This document shows, piece after piece, positions 63,263 through 64,000 of a stretch of 64,000 nt of DNA. Made by a program: the position numbers and the translations under genes. Under the pieces are notes generated by a model, which was not told the origin of the DNA, searched no databases, and worked only from the letters and a program-made list of their open reading frames with translations. Every line of letters starts with the position of its first letter. Within the stretch, counting starts at the first letter, position 1. The DNA comes from Macrostomum lignano (Eukaryota), in the NCBI GenBank assembly GCA_002269645.1, contig NIVC01000874.1, positions 357,667 through 421,666 on the forward strand. The letters run 5' to 3'.

Positions 63263-63648
63263 ATGAGGCTGAACCGCGCAGCCCTGCTGCTCAGTATGCT
63301 CATCTCGCTGCTGCATATCATCCCGCTGAACTCAATCCGAGCTGAGTATCTCGGCACATTCAGAAGGCACCTGCCGCAGGGCAGCCTGGCGAAGCTGGTG
63401 CTGCCATCGGTGAGCAGCATACTGTTCGCCTGCTTCTCCTTCATATTCCGGATTCCGCTCTCCTTCTGTGGCAGCTGCGACCGCTGGACTGGAGCAGCAT
63501 TTCAGTGGCGTCGGTCGCAGCGAGCAGTGCAGACAGGAAAAAACCGTGGCTGGTTGTGCACTACTTCCTGTTCGTGCTGATGCTGGTTGAAATTGTTGTC
63601 GCTTTTTGGCTCTGCTTCTATGAGAACTCAGTGTTGATTTCTTATTGA
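63263..63648 (+). other. Possible multi-TM protein gene fragment or pseudogene
   Basis: Hydrophobic ORF 63263-63580 overlaps another open frame (63346-63648) ending KKPWLVVHYFLFVLMLVEIVVAFWLCFY. Confidence 0.3.
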
Positions 63649-63779
63649 AGCAGTGCTGTATTGGATCCTTGTTATTGACTTAGAATATGACTGGCAAAAT
63701 TAACTGCTATAAACGACAAACTGCTTAACTCATGGTATTTCATTTTCTTGATTTCTCGTCCTTTTGCACCTGTCTTTCT

Positions 63780-64000
63780 CCTCTCCTATCCTCTCCTCTC
63801 CTCTCCTCTCCTCTCCTCTCCTCTCCTCTCCTCTCCCTCTCCTCTCCTCTCCTCTCCTCTCCTCCTCCTCTCCTCTCCTCTCCTCTCCTCTCCTCTCCTC
63901 TCCTCTCCTCTCCTCTCCTCTCCTCTCCTCTCCTCTCCTCTCTCTCCTCTCCTCTCCTCTCCTCTCCTCTCCTCCCTCTCCTCTCCTCTCCTCTCCTCTC
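63780..64000. repeat. (CCTCT)n microsatellite
   Basis: Direct reading; runs to the window end. Confidence 0.95.

Overview
Eukaryotic (metazoan) genomic DNA with GC-rich exons and introns filled by minisatellites. A flatworm such as Macrostomum is my inference, not established. Bases 234-36656 (+) hold the 3' ~97% of a ryanodine receptor (RyR) gene in 28 coding segments; the N-terminus lies upstream of the window. It carries several 1-nt lesions and one missing segment that look like consensus errors. A complete 3-exon, 68-aa two-EF-hand Ca2+-binding protein gene, absent from the ORF track, is nested antisense in one RyR intron. Downstream on the minus strand are beta-tubulin (3 exons), nucleoside-diphosphate kinase and a DNAJC14/Jiv homologue whose J-domain lacks HPD. 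Bases ~50.5-61.3 kb are an AT-rich, CpG-depleted transposon zone: two hAT-type MITEs with 8-bp TSDs, a nested tRNA-derived SINE, and an inverted pair of TTAGGG-containing repeats with asymmetric CpG decay. Two unidentified membrane-protein ORFs lie near the 3' end.
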